Assembly: GCA_049724395.1 (NCBI GenBank)
Contig: JAUGWO010000121.1
Coordinates: 62,001 to 126,000, forward strand
DNA length: 64,000 bases
Source of the DNA: Spongospora subterranea f. sp. subterranea
Lineage: Eukaryota
Reading direction: 5' to 3'
Below, piece by piece: positions 1-12,099 of the stretch. Below the pieces are notes generated by a model. It did not search any database. It was not told where the DNA came from and was given only the letters and a program-made list of their open reading frames with translations. Position 1 is the stretch's first letter. Every line of letters begins with the position of its first letter. Made by a program: the position numbers and the translations under genes.

Positions 1-339
1 AATTCCTTCATATCTGCCTCCACTTCCTGCCCCTCATACTTATCAATTCACCCCTGTATATCAAAAGCCAGCCATTGACCCCAATGCTAGGTTAACTTTC
101 TGGGACCTTCTTTGGCATCTTGTTTGATTTTTTCTACTATAGGAGGAAGATGATAATTAAGCAGAAGCGACAAGTGGAAAGTTCGCTCGTTAAGTTAAGT
201 AGGTCAATGCAGCAAAAAGGTGATTATTTTGTCTATACGATGACGCTCACTAATGTAGAATTCTAGATGTTGATCCAAGCAAATAAATTGTACATCACTA
301 AATAATAATTTTATCACGTTTTATGTATTCTAAGATTTT

Positions 340-3300
340 TTACGAATCTACGTCTGGATTCGTTTCTGGGTCATGAGGACGTGAAGACGATACTTCTAGC
401 TGTCTCCGAGCAGGCGGAGTCTTATTCACGGCTCTGGTTCGGGGGGATTGGGTTGAATTGGTCTTTCGCGATGATAACATTCTGGCTTGACGCTCCCGCT
501 CATCACGTTCGCGCCGTTGTTGAGATGCACGGAGGATCCGTTCATCTCTCTGCTTTTCGAGCTGCTCCTCTCGTTGTGCAGCAGCGGCAACATCCTCGGG
601 AGATACAACATGATCATCTTGCGCTATTAATGATTCCAGTACACAATCAGTCTCTGTCTTACCCACTACAGCTGACGGCCCCGCCTTTGGAAGATTTGTG
701 CATTGATTGTCAACAGAATCTTCCGACATCAATATGGAACCTACATCCTTGGACTGCCAACAGTTATCATTGCGATCAGATGTCTCATGAGACCCATAAG
801 ATTGCCCACACTGAACACCCTCTTGCTTCTCTGGAGCCTTGTTTTGATGGGGACCAGGGTTGATGATTATCTCAGTTGTTATGTTAGTCACCGATACTTG
901 TAATGGCATATCTTGTTCTTCAATATCGCTTTTTTCCTTCATATCGATAATGCTCGACATTGGAGTATCAACAAAGTCATCCTCCCGCTCAAAGTGTTCG
1001 TCATGATTCCCGTCAAAATGTTCTGGTATTTTAGAAACGGTATTGTCGGCGACGGCTTCATGAAGATAATTCGATGTGTCGCATCTCTGATGTGCTTCAA
1101 CATTGTACACGTTTTGCTCTTCTCCTGGAGGGTTGCTGCCCACAGTTTGCGCTTTTACACCTTGTACGTGTTCTTTGATTTTGTCCTTTTGAAGTGCTGT
1201 ATGAGTATCAGTGCCTCTTGTATCCGTAAAATAGCCAGGGTCACGTTCGCTAGTTTTAGATAACAACTCAAATTCGGACCTAACAGAAGGTAATGGCGCG
1301 TCAGTGATCCTATTTGGCCTTGGAGGGTTGTTTTCATTGCCGGGTCCATCCAATGACAAGTGCGAGGAAGGCGTGACCCATGAAAACATATTTTGTTCGA
1401 GACGCTCATGATGCGTTTTCAACCTGGAAGTCTGGTGTTGGTAACGAAAGGGGAGAGCCCAACGCTGTTCCACCCTATTTTCCAAGCTAGAAAGATCTTG
1501 TTTCAACTTCGTACACTCTCGTTCTAACGCTTTACAGTGTAATTGAGTTTCTTCGTAGACCAGCGTGAGTTTCTCTTCCTCGTTCAGCTTACGGTTTAGC
1601 TCGTTGGCTAAAAATTGAACTTGTTGCTGCTGTTGATCACTTCGCTTCTCCCATTCACCTTTCAATTTAGCCAAAATTGTTTCATGATCTGCTGCAAGGG
1701 CTGAGATATGTTTGCCTTGTGAAATTTCGAGTTCTAGGTTAACTTTCTTCATGTCTTCATTCAATTGCTCCAGCGATGAAATTGTCTCGTCTCGAGATCT
1801 TAACGCTCCGGTTAATTCCTAGATAATAGGTTTAGGACTTGAGAATATGTGAGGTATAGTATCTACATAATCTCTCATGGAGTAGCTTTTTACTTCCTGC
1901 CGAAGCTGACATAATTCTGAGCCTTGCGAAATTAATTGCTCTGGATGCAGGTTACATATGTGATATCGACATGACCTTGTGCATTACCTTTTAATCTTGT
2001 CGTTTCCTCGAGTTCATTTACGGCAGTGGCCAATTGCCGTTCTGAATCTTGCAACTGCTGCTTACATTGACGGAACGCTTCAATTTGATTATCAGCAAGT
2101 CGCTGTTTCTCTTCATAGTGAAGTATTAAGGTTTGAAGATGCGCTTTGTCTGTGTCGTGAAGAAGGGAATAACTGTGCCCATACTGCAGAGATTAGTTGA
2201 GTTACAAGGAAGCGATTATCATTGAAAAAATATTAACCTCCGCCGCATTGAATTCTAAAATACGGTCCCGCTGACTCAACTCCTTTTCGGCTAGCTCAGC
2301 TCGCTTTTTAGCATTTTCTAACTCTTCAAAAAGGCGATGTTGCTGAATTTGTAATGCACGCCGATCCAGCTCAGCACTTCTTCTAAGATCGACATCACTG
2401 TTATACATGTTAGGACAAAATTAACCGTCGACCACCGAAGGGATACCGCAAACGAACTGTTTCGATTTCCGCAAGAAGATGCTGTCTTCTCTGATATTCT
2501 TGAGCTTCTTCGAATCGCTGCTTTTCGCGAAACTTTTCGTCTTGCTCCTGCTCTCGAAGGCGAAGTGAAGAGATGCGCTCTAATTGCTTTTAATGGACAT
2601 GATGTAAAACCTGAAACCATGCCGACCTTGGTACTTCTGTTCGAAGGAATCACGCATTGCATTGAGTGTTTCACGATAACGCTCACCCTCTTCTAGTCGA
2701 ACTTGGGCTAATTCGGTTGCCCGAATACGTGCGAGCTCCTGTTGAAGTGTGTCAATTACCACCTAATATTTACATTCCATTTACACTTTGCAATACGCTG
2801 GCAGCGCGAGCTTCAACTTCACGAATCTGTATAGACAATCTCTCTTCAAAACTTCGTTCAGCTTCAACATCACGTTCTTTGCCCAGCTCGGAAAACCTAA
2901 TATCTGAGTTGTTTTAGCATATTTATGCGATGGAGCTCCGATCTACTTTGTATCTAGTTGTCGAAGACACGATTCAAGAACGTCATCAGGTGAACTATCC
3001 GTTTGGATAGAGCAAGACCGAATTGACACCTTTCTGCCAGCCACATTAGGGCAATAACCAAACAAATGCAGGTATTTTACCTTGAGGCTAATTTAACTAT
3101 AGCGTCCAAAGAGCTGGTTTTTTCATCTGATCGGGAAAGAGCACCTTCTGGAAATTCAAGTAACCGTTCCAGGTCGTGGCTATCGAACGCATTCGCATCC
3201 GTCCCAGATTCGGAAAGGAACACTGAAAGAGCATATGCATGATCGTGTTGAGATAAATATTCAGCTACTATAACATTCAACGCTCGGATGGCTCCTGTCA

Positions 3301-3475
3301 CTGGAATCTCTGGTTCCGAACACGGCCTCGCACCAGAAGCCCTCAGTTCCGCTAGCAAATAGGCTCTCAGCTGCGCCCGTTGGCGGTCCAGAATTCCACT
3401 GGTCTGCAAGTGTGTATGCAATCGTCGCCTCAGCTCGGTAAGGGATAGCTCCGGTTCAGGCTCGTCTTTAATCAT
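340..3475 (-). CDS. OFD1: OFD1-like centriolar LisH/coiled-coil protein (multi-exon)
   Basis: The N-terminus ELRRRLHTHLQTSGILDRQRAQLRAYLLAEL...ALNVIVAEYLSQHDHAYALSVFLSESG is an OFD1/FOP-type dimerisation plus LisH motif. Several coiled-coil exons follow (2580-2762, 2202-2408, 340-1764). ATG at 3475. Confidence 0.7.
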
Positions 3476-3996
3476 TTGTACACAATATGCGATGCGGGTT
3501 GTGACTGACCAATTCAAATTGTACTGTACCGTTTGTTATAATGATGTGATGGTGTAACCTAATAACACAGTACATTACGGTTATGTGGTGCATGGTATGG
3601 GGTTTGGTAGACTATAAACTGGTAGGCCGCTTGGGGCAACGTCAAGGCAGATTATCAAAGTGATCAAACGGCATTCCAAAAAATTGGTTGCTAAGTTTGG
3701 TCCTGCGGAATACGTGCACGTATGCTGCTATGCTTTTGCTGACAAGAAATTACTGTAGTAGCTCAATAAATCAGCAAAGGGCATTGCCTGAGCAATGGTA
3801 ACTCGTCATGTCGTGTATATATGCACATGCAATATATTTCGGGGGTGTAGAAAACACTTTCTGGTGTAATGCCTACAAGTGCTGCTCGCTGTTGGGTTGC
3901 TTGGCGCAGCCCCCTTCGACAACGCCTGAGGTTGGGTCAACGACCTGAAGCTGCACAGCATAATGCACGTGTCATTCATTAGGCACAGACTTCGCT

Positions 3997-5165
3997 ATGG
4001 AAGGAACTCATCGTCGTAGCAAGCTTGCTGAAACAATATCCAAGATCCCATTCGGAACGCGGACGGTATTCTTAGCCTGCGTCACGGTTTTTGTGTTTTC
4101 GTCGCTCTCGGGCACATTTCCTGCAATATGCCCCGGAGATATTCTTTCAAACCCGCTCCAAAGTTGCCTGTTTTGCTGTGACCTGCTTTCTTAGCCTGAA
4201 TCATATATTTCCACAGATGCTTATATGCTGATAGCGCCGTCCTTTGTTCATCTTTCTGTATTACATATAGTCTTGTACGTCAGTGGTCTTTTAGTGTGAG
4301 TATAGCTCATGTTGATTTATAGTAACATGATGACACTTATATCTGTTGGCGCTGTAGTTGAGCGCAACTTCGGCACGTCGAGTTTCTTCGGGATCGTTAC
4401 TATAGTGGCTGTAATAGGAAACTGCATCTATTTCAGTATCTATTATTCGTTGGCCCTGATCCTAAAAGCGCCTAGTCTTTTGGAGTCCTGTGCTGCTGGC
4501 TTTTCAGGAGTTTTATTCGGATTGATGGTTTTGGAGTTGCGTCTGTCTCCCATTGCTGCTAATCGGTCTGTTTTTGGGTTCTTTTCGGTTCCTCAATGGC
4601 TGTATCCTTGGTTAGCAAACCATAATCTACCACAGCATACGAGTTCATTTTGTCTGGCTTTTCATTCAGGATAACGATCGCGTTTATCCAGATTTTGATC
4701 CCGGGTGCATCTCTGGTCGGACACATTAGCGGTGCTGCGATCGGAATATTATGTTCGGCGAATTATCATGATTACCCCTGTCCGCTTATGGCAACCGTGT
4801 TTCAGATTCGTTCGGATTGCTGAACTGGGTGACCGTGAAAAGGTCCTGGATCCGAGCCTTAGAAGCGTCAATGTTCAGTCAATGGCAACCGTCTTCGTTT
4901 ATCCCGTGTCCTGAGGTCACTCCACTTCCTCCTTCTATTCTGTATGGTAACTATCGCTATATCCTGGTCAAATACTCATCGCTGCTCTAGTACCCGTTGT
5001 TGTTTCATTAAGAACATATGGGGAAAAAACGACAAGTGGAATGCGGGACCTGGGCATCAATTAAGTGATCCTAGCTCATATGCCGTTGGTCTTGACGACG
5101 GATCTTTGCTGAAAAATCAAACACCGGAAGAATTCGCGATGCAAATAATGGATGGAGGTCGATAA
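3997..5165 (+). CDS. Rhomboid-family intramembrane serine protease (RHBDD1-like, multi-exon)
   Basis: Hydrophobic exons with catalytic GFSGVLFG, VPQWLYPW, and downstream PGASLVGHISG (catalytic His). Short GT-AG introns. Confidence 0.85.
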
Positions 5166-5231
5166 TTAGTCACAATGTTATTGGTAATACAGTTTTGCGT
5201 TTCTTTATATAAATCAAAATTTTCTTCGGAA

Positions 5232-6035
5232 TTAGACTGCGGGTTCTTCAGGAAGGCAATTATACAGAGGCAGAGCTACAGATTCAGGTAGCTTTAAGTA
5301 TATCGACTGAATGTCGCCTAAACCGTTGGGAAACTTCTTACTGATGTTTTCAATTCCAGCGATGACGTTTTGCACGATTTCTCTCCGTTCGTGGCTCACC
5401 CGAGCGATTTTAACTGTCATGCATGTACCTTTGCTTCTGAACATATATGTAGAATCTCGAGCCTGTTTCAACGCCTCGGATGCATATTTATCAGATAGCC
5501 TAGCCGGAACCGGCTGCTTCTTCCGAGAGAAAAAGGCTTTTCCAAGAATATTAGGCAACAGCGGAATGATGCGATCATCGGCAACGAATAGCTCGTACGA
5601 CGAGACTAATTCCCGTTTATCCTTGTACTGTGTGTAGTTTTTTCTGAGCTTAGATATTCCGATAACCTTCTTGTAGCTATCAATCGGTGACGCTGCCAAC
5701 ATGTCTTTATACTGTCGCTGGGGATCCTTGGTGATTAAACAAATCTCACATCCATCTCCCAAATACAGCGAGTGGGGAATGTCTCTACAGAAACAGTTTA
5801 GTACACTGAGTTTACATAAATAATCATAGATATAGACGTACATCCTGATAGGGGACGTTGTGGCTTTATCGGGTGCATTAAACAAATTGATGGTTAATAG
5901 GAAGAATTTGTCATCAGCAATCAAAACCTGCTGGTCTTTCTCCGCTTCTTGTTTGCGTAAATACGCCTGAAGAGCTTTAACTGCACGCTCTACTGTGTTC
6001 GAGTCGACCGCAACCGCGTCTTTCACCCCGGCCAT
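5232..6035 (-). CDS. RSL1D1: Ribosomal L1 domain-containing protein (RSL1D1/Utp30/Cic1)
   Basis: Motifs ICLITKDPQ, KVIGISKLRKNY, YELFVADDRIIPLLPNILGKAFFSRKKQP, IYLKLPESVALPLY. ATG at 6035. One in-frame intron near 5786-5842. Confidence 0.92.
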   Translation of the reverse strand: MAGVKDAVAVDSNTVERAVKALQAYLRKQEAEKDQQVLIADDKFFLLTINLFNAPDKATTSPIRMYVYIYDYLCKLSVLNCFCRDIPHSLYLGDGCEICLITKDPQRQYKDMLAASPIDSYKKVIGISKLRKNYTQYKDKRELVSSYELFVADDRIIPLLPNILGKAFFSRKKQPVPARLSDKYASEALKQARDSTYMFRSKGTCMTVKIARVSHERREIVQNVIAGIENISKKFPNGLGDIQSIYLKLPESVALPLYNCLPEEPAV

Positions 6036-6665
6036 GATTGTGGAGATAGCAGCGGAACCGCAAAGAGTGTATGGAGTTCCGGAAATGGATTTTCCGGTGT
6101 CCGCACGGACTTTCATGGAATGGATCAATTTCCTGCCGGCGATTCTAACTTTCGTTTTTTTTTTTTGACCCCAAGTTTTGTAATGTCGCTCATGAACGTA
6201 CATAAAAAAAGTCTTATTCGCAATGTTTACTAATATCACTCATCATAACTGAACTGTTACGATAATATGGCTGGAGTATATGAGATCTTTATAATCGAAC
6301 AGTGACATGTCATGCATTGAATTCACGGCATCTAGTTTCTGTAAGTAAACAACAACCAATCAGTTGACGCCAGTGCCATTGACATGACGCCAACATTGTT
6401 TCACATGACCATACGGTAGTACCGTGTGGATGACTGGATGACAGTCGGCATTTGGCTTGCCCCTGAGCTGTCTCACTAGGGCTCCAGTCTACAGTATATA
6501 CACCTACAGTTTATACTTAAGGCCCCACAGGTAACCGGGAGGAGTCCCCCACTCATGTCATGACCTAAAGTGGGTGCCTTGACGGTTTATATTTTCTTCC
6601 ATCGAATTGGCCTTTTTTCAAATTGAAAACGGACCTTGTGTGAACTGCGATTGTGACGCCTCAGA

Positions 6666-8300
6666 ATGGTACAAGGAGAGATCATCGGTTGGTCATCAAG
6701 GCAATGGGTGCAATATCCAGATGCGCCAGGAATGCCACGGCTCTTCTACTCGCCTCACTTCCAAGCAGGGCTATGTAAAGGAGCGGCCGACAAATGTCTA
6801 ATCATCTGTATTGGGCCAGTAAATACCGGTGTCTTTGACAATATTACTATAACCCCTGATCGAGATATGTTGATGGTTACTTTTGCGGTCTCTACCATTG
6901 CATCCCGATGGTTGGCCGCCGACAAAAATAATTACGTTTGTGAATGCTTAATTGCTTCAATTTACAACCTCGCTTATGTTTGACTTTACAGTGTATAATC
7001 GCGGCTAGTCAAGCCGTCGACCGAGCTGGTCTGAAACCAGAGTGGATTTCAGCTTGCGCATTGGTTAATTCGAACGAAGCCAGCACTTTCTCTGATGCAT
7101 TATTTACCACAGCTAGACCTAATTGGTTTGCTAGGGTATTAAAGTTAAAGGATATCAGCCCTCGCGCTAGATCTTTTTTCAAGTCCTTCGACAGTATCAG
7201 AAGAAACCCAGAACAGTTTACTATTCCAGAGTTGTTCCTCACTTCTTTGGAGATTCGCAATCTGCCAAAAGCGGACCCTGAAAAAGGAACTAGAATATTT
7301 TTATTAGTGTCAAACAACGGTCAAATACAATTTTCGTCAATGCACACTGGTAGACTGCAATGGCAAACGGATGGGGACCTATCAATTCGCATCAATTGTA
7401 AGGTGAGAACGCTGACGTGCCAATATTTGTAAGTTATATTTATAGCAGTCATCTAGGTTAAAGGATTAGCGACAATAAAAGGCTACCACGTTCCGGAAAG
7501 AATGTCTTCAGAAGATCCCCGCCGTCTTCTATTTGAGATCGACATACATAGTGGAGTTGCGAATTGCTGTGAATTATCAATGGATTTTCCTCGCACATGC
7601 ATTGACAGGGTGCCCCCAAACTTTCCGTCGGATTTCTGTTTATCTGCCCGATTTTCTGCTATTTCTGAGCCGTTCGAACAAGCTCCGTGTCGAATACTGG
7701 AAGAATTAGACAGTGATTTCATGTTCGCCTTAAATCTTCAGCGACAATTGGACAGAGAAGAGGCTGACGTTGCGCCAGACAGTCGGGTGTCTGTCAATGT
7801 AACGGACAGTGGCGTGAATATGAGGTAATGATTGTCTTCTCCCTAATGATATGAATTATTTTTTAACTCTATCCGCGCAGTGATGATGCGCGCTTACGCG
7901 ATTCAGGCAACGATCAGGTAAACATCTCATACCCATAAAAACATTGTCAGATGTTGACATTAATGTTTAGGTTGTTTCATCATTTGATTTCAATGAAGAG
8001 CTTGATGATCCTTTTTCATACCCGCTTTTTCCTGATCAGATGCAAGTGGTGGACAGCTCAAGGCCATCTCATGTGACATCACCTGGTGCATCTAGACTGC
8101 AATTGAGCAGACTGCCTGAATTTAACGTCGCTGTAGGAAGCTCTCTAATTAGTAAAGTTTGCCCAATATGCAAAGAATGCATAAACGAAGGAGAACTGAT
8201 GAGGACGTTACCATGTCTTCATATAATGCATTCCCCTTGTATCACTGAATGGCTTTGCAGGAAAGCTGCGTGCCCTGTTTGTTTAACTCCACTCTCATGA
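6666..8300 (+). CDS. RING-H2 E3 ligase with an N-terminal PTEN/tensin-like (pseudo)phosphatase-C2 region (multi-exon)
   Basis: C-terminal CPICKE...LPCLHIMHSPCITEWLCRKAACPVC is a RING-H2. Upstream WLAADKNNYV, LFLTSLEIRNLP, GQIQFSS and LLFEIDIHSG resemble the PTEN phosphatase/C2 unit. Confidence 0.7.
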
Positions 8301-8475
8301 CTCATAATTTTCATGGAATGGTTTTGTACATTGAGATATCAATGCATACCTGCAAAGATTCATATATCTGTTATAGAGTAAATACACAAATAAACTAAAA
8401 ACTAATTATAGAACAATGGAGGCCTCCCAAAAATCTCGCAAATGCAATATTTGTGCGAACGCAAATATTTATTTC

Positions 8476-9071
8476 GTGTCAACACAAACAAATTCTTATG
8501 GCGGCCACGGCGTCTAAGAAGAAAGGTCGAGGACCGGCGTGGAACGACGACGACCTGAATTGCATGCTCGACATAGTTGAGTCTGTGCTCCCGCAAGGAG
8601 GCAATGGCTGGGAGAAGGTGACAAACCTCTTCAGCAAGAAAGAAGCTATCGTTGTTGCTCGCGACAGCGATGGCTTGAAGCGAAAATTCATTCTGCTAAA
8701 AAATCACCGAAAGCCGACTGGCGATCCGTCTTGTCCGCCCGAAGTTGTTCGTGCTAAACGAATTCAAAGATCGATCGACAATAAGGCGTGTGTCGAGACG
8801 ATGGAAGACGAGGAGCGAAGCAGTGACGGAAATGGGTTTTTCATGGATGGAAGAAATGTTGCAGAGGTCGGTTCATACAACAGTGACAGGAACAACGATA
8901 GCTTCTTTCTTGTTGAAGAGGTTTGTCACCTTCTCCCAGCCATTGCCTCCTTGCGGGAGCACAGACTCAACTATGTCGAGCATGCAATTCAGGTCGTCGT
9001 CGTTCCACACCGGTCCGAGACCTTTCTTCTTAGACGCCGTGGCCGGCATCAGAATTTGTTTGTGTCGACAC
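8476..9071. repeat. 181-bp inverted repeat (8476-8656 / 8891-9071) of the Myb-like gene 5' end
   Basis: Manual reverse-complement alignment gives about 7 mismatches in 181 bp (MAATASKKKGRGPAW vs MPATASKKKGLGPVW). Confidence 0.95.
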
Positions 9072-9106
9072 AAATTTGCGAAGACCGGAATTCGGTCTTC
9101 GCAATG

Positions 9107-9365
9107 GTTGCATATGGCACCGCACATTTGTTCACATCCCGTGTAACCCATGCGTTGGTAAACCAGGCACAACACTATGTACGCTTGCCAGATGCTGATG
9201 AACGTTGTCGCATCAGTCTACGTAATGGCCGTCATTTTGGATTTAAAAATTGTGTCGGCAATGCTGACGGTACAAATATCGTGTCCAGCGTACATAGTGT
9301 TGTGCCTGGTTTACCAACGCATGGGTTACACGGGATGTGAACAAATGTGCGGTGCCATATGCAAC
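9107..9365. repeat. 79-bp perfect inverted repeat (9107-9185 / 9287-9365) of transposase sequence
   Basis: GTTGCATATGGCACC...GTACGCT and its exact reverse complement, separated by a 101-nt spacer. Confidence 0.95.
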
Positions 9366-10068
9366 TCCTATTCGACGTTTGCGTTGTTGGCTAGCAGCAT
9401 TGCCATCGGTGCCAAAAGAATCCAGGGCAACGGCGAGCTGGATCCAAACAGGTGCCTGTTCGTTGCGCGATTGATTATGAAATACAGGGTCGTCTGGAGC
9501 GAACAGTGTGAACATCAAAACCAAAATACGGGTAGGATGCGGTGACCTTTAATGATATCAAAAATTGCCTGGAATGTCTCCCTGGAGCATCGTAGGTCTT
9601 GGACAAATTCTTGATCTTCCAGAAACGGCAAAATATCCCAAAGATAGTAATCTTTCAAGATCCAACGTCGAGGGTTTAAGTTTCGATAACAAAGTATCCC
9701 AAACTTAAGCGACATAAGTGCATCAATTTGTTGTTTCAGCTGGCTTGCCAGTGTCGGTCGGAGGAGCTGCGCGCTACTCAAGCCAACAGCCATGTATCGA
9801 ATCAGGCGTTCAATATCGCCGAGCAACTGGCCTCGCTCAGATAATCGAGGCATTCACCTGAGTCACCTGGCAATGAGCACCTCAAGGCCGTTTCAAATAT
9901 GTCCGTAAAAGATTCGGGTTAGATTCAGGGCCAAAGATTCGCATCTTTCGCTACGGATTTTTAACTTTAACAATCGAAGCGGAATGAAAAACTGGTAGTC
10001 TACATACTTCAAATCATTTGAAATTGAATAAGAGGATGTATTGAGTAATTGCCACCTTTGAAATCGTT

Positions 10069-12099
10069 TTACAATTCATCCTTCTCAGCTTCAGAGGCGA
10101 CTTCTTCAGAAGTACTGGACAGCTTCTCATTGACATCCGAAGATGTAGTGTGCGAAGCGACAAACTCGCTGATGGAGGCCAGCGAGCGATCTCCCTGGTA
10201 TTCAATTGGAGATGATTTCGACCCAGCTGGGAACATGACAACGGTAGGGAAGCCCTTGAAGCTATAAGGAACATCGTTGCTGGAACCGTCAACCATTGCA
10301 ACGACTACAGACTTAATATCTTTCAATTTAACTGCTAGCGCCTCGATTGCCGGCTTCATTTTTTGACAATGACCACACCTTGCATAATGTAAATAAAAAA
10401 ATATTAGATGCAAATAGATTATACCGACCATGGAGCGTGAATAGTCAGGACGACATCGACTTTGTCGTCCATCACAATGTCATTATAGTTCTTGCCCACT
10501 ACTTTGGTCCATGGTTCCTGATGATTTTCAGGAATTGCCTCGGACTTCATAAATGGGTCAACCTTTCCATCGAGTACCTAGAATATTGACATGAACACAA
10601 GAAATACTCAAAGATAAGTTAGACAATACCATCGCCGCCCAAGCAGAGAGTGAAGGTCCAGAAAACTCAGCATCGTTTGAGAAGAGATACTTCTTTTTCG
10701 TCGACTGATCTTCGACAACGACACCTGGCCTGCATGATGATTGAGGAAAAAACAAAACAATCAAGTACTCATAGTTCACCATTTGTCAGAGGATACACCC
10801 ATTCCTTCAGCATGCTTAGCAAATTCCTGTGCATCCAACCAGACCCACGACAGAGAACCTTTAGAGTCAACCGCAGCTTCCTAATGAGGAGAAATGTCAT
10901 AAAAGTAAAGAGAATTGAAACACGACATACCTTGAGCTTGGCAATATTATCATGAAGCTTGTCATTGTTTTCAAGGAAGGTCCAGACAATGGGAATGTTG
11001 CGCTCAACATAAACTACGACAGCTCTTTAGCACGGGTGCAAACACAGACCCGGATTTAAACCCAGTTGGGATAGCCTTACGCTTGTAGTTTTGAGCGGAG
11101 ATTTGATCAACAATTGGGAAATGATTCGGAATTGATGAACGATTTGATAGTGTCCACAGTACATTCTTTTCCAGTGAACTGAACCTGTAAAAAAAAGCAT
11201 GACCCCAACCCGTTGCAAGAGATGCAGTTAATTTACAGGCTTCTTCTGAAACGGGACGTAAAGTAGCACCGTGGGACCAGATTCAGACGCGTTTCCACCC
11301 CAGACCTGGTTTAGGAGCTCAGAAGGAGCGACTGCGAAGCTGACTCGTGGGGCCATTCCAGAAGCAACAGCGGTGACCGCATCAACGGACTCATCATCCT
11401 TTTCTCCAACAAACGCAATGACGGCGCTGCTGAGACGATCACGGGTCAGCAAAGTTAGTTCGAAGAGCAGTCACTCAAGAAATCGACCTGTGTTGTTTCG
11501 TGAAATTCTTGACTTCATCAGCTGTCTTCAGGTCTGAAACAATAGGAGGGTCGCTGAGCTGCTTGGCGAAGGAAACTATGGCTGTTTAACGGTCAGCATA
11601 TGATGGTAACCAAAAGTCAAAGCGAATACCATCGTCCTTGAGATTGTCGTAAAAGTCCGATGGCTCAGCTTTCTTGAAAGTTTTTATGTGTGGATAGGAT
11701 TTGACTCCAAACTTGTCACAAACTTGGGCTTCAACTTCACAATCCACAGCTGCCATTATGAGGAATTAATTGCAAATCCACGCATTTACAGAAATCAATT
11801 ACTGGCTAGGTGAACGTCCTCGTGATCCATTTGCTCTGCGGCCCGTTGGAACTGAAGTGCGACGTTCTTGCTTGACTTGTCGGAAAATTTCAGAAAGGCC
11901 TACAGATTCATATTTAATGGAAAATCCGATGGTGATTGTCACAGTCAAAACTGACCATTACAACATTTTCGTTGTCTTTCAAAACGGAATCGAGATTGGA
12001 GGATGTGATTTTGACAACATGCGCCTCCGATGCTGTGCTGAGAATAATCGCAGCTACAGCAACAGCAAGCGGTGCGAGAGCCCAAGTAAACACGTTCAT
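10069..12099 (-). CDS. PDI: Protein disulfide isomerase family protein, ER-retained (multi-exon)
   Basis: Signal peptide MNVFTWALAPLAVAVAAIILS. Thioredoxin folds (AAVDCEVEAQVCDKFGVKSYP). C-terminal APW|CGHC active site split by an intron, KGFPTVVMFPAG, and terminal KDEL. Confidence 0.92.

Larger units (their letters stand above)
8420..9960. mobile_element. Rearranged, defective PIF/Harbinger-superfamily DNA transposon (Myb/SANT-like ORF on +, transposase 5' half on -, internal inverted duplications)
   Basis: Myb/trihelix-like ORF from 8498 (RGPAWNDDDLNCMLDIVESVLPQGGNGWEKV...LKRKF). Transposase N-terminus MPRLSERGQLL at 9853 (-) is homologous to the intact element at 39330. ADGT first catalytic motif lies on + near 9265. 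Ends are approximate and no TIR was found. Confidence 0.85.

Noticed and set aside
8453..9340. 295-aa ORF as a real gene
   Set aside because: It is a chimera of Myb sense, Myb antisense and inverted transposase sequence created by the rearrangement.
8400..9990. TIRs/TSD for the defective Harbinger element
   Set aside because: No matching inverted termini were found. GGAGGCCTCC (8418-8427) is only a local palindrome, and the AGGCC near 9885 is in direct orientation.
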